Part shown: positions 63,650 through 64,000 of the stretch, piece after piece
Position numbering within the stretch: position 1 is the stretch's first letter
Layout of the letters: each line of letters starts with the position of its first letter
Source: a virus
Lineage: Duplodnaviria > Caudoviricetes
Reading direction: 5' to 3' (one strand)
Length of the DNA stretch: 64,000 bases
Virus record (IMG/VR): IMGVR_UViG_2915264867_000002
Location: 1-64,000 of that record
Notes under the pieces: generated by a model
The model's input: the letters and a program-made list of their open reading frames with translations, nothing else
Databases searched by the model: none
Told to the model about the DNA's origin: nothing
Translations under genes and position numbers: made by a program

Positions 63650-64000
63650 ATGAAGCCATTTGGCGTTATCAGTGACACTCACCATCACGGCTGGTCCGCG
63701 TTTGCGACGACCACGCCGGATGGCATCAACAGCCGCCTGGCCGAAACATTAAGCGAGACGCGCCGCTGTGCCGACGCGGTGCTCAAGGCGGGTGGCAACA
63801 CCATCTACCACGGCGGCGACCTGTTCCACGTACGCGGCTCGATTGCGCCGTCGGTGCTCAACCCGACCATGGACTGCTACAAGGAACTGATCGCCAAGGG
63901 CATTCGCTTCGTCATCAACGCCGGCAACCACGACCTGGAAGGCAAGGAAGCGGCCCGCGTGAGCAGTGCCATCACCTCGCTGGAGGGCATCGGCTGCCAC
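63650..64000 (+). CDS. Mre11/SbcD-like metallophosphoesterase nuclease (truncated by window end; not in ORF track)
   Basis: ATG 63650 after AGGAG; ISDTH, GGDLFH, AGNHD motifs; frame open to the end. Confidence 0.88.
   Translation, partial: MKPFGVISDTHHHGWSAFATTTPDGINSRLAETLSETRRCADAVLKAGGNTIYHGGDLFHVRGSIAPSVLNPTMDCYKELIAKGIRFVINAGNHDLEGKEAARVSSAITSLEGIGCH

Noticed and set aside
1-64000. tRNA, rRNA, introns, inteins, IS elements
   Set aside because: No T-loop or anticodon-arm patterns, transposases or insertions in DnaE, DnaB, RecA or TerL were noticed; a manual read can miss short RNAs, so tRNAscan and Rfam are still advised.

Overview
The whole window is part of one large tailed-phage genome (long non-contractile tail; GC-rich coding regions, low-GC intergenic DNA). 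Left to right: SF2 helicase; an operon with two ParB/Srx-domain proteins, an Acb2 anti-CBASS homologue, an HExxH protein, a soluble ABC ATPase, a Mom-like GNAT and a winged-HTH protein; terminases, portal, scaffold, major capsid, connector, tail tube, frameshifted chaperones, 1606-aa tape measure and lambda-like tail tip, interrupted by an antisense low-GC secreted NAGPA-family moron; fibre/spike genes; lysis cassette; a second virion-appendage operon (FN3, SGNH); then a replication, recombination and regulation arm (Hfq-like protein, DnaB, primase, WGR, ligase, kinase, XRE repressor, CobT/CobS-like pair, sigma-like protein, DnaE with a C-terminal UDG-like domain, UvsY-, gp32-, exonuclease-, RecA-like genes, SleB hydrolase, truncated Mre11-like nuclease). 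From memory this gene set resembles SSU5/pHCM2-type phage-plasmids, but no RepA, ParA or intact integrase lies in the window. The strongest non-coding signal is an 18-bp palindrome (TAAGTCAGTACTGACTTA and variants) at about 20 intergenic positions, overlapping sigma70-like promoter elements in front of nearly every operon. All family calls come from motif recognition by eye; no database search was run.
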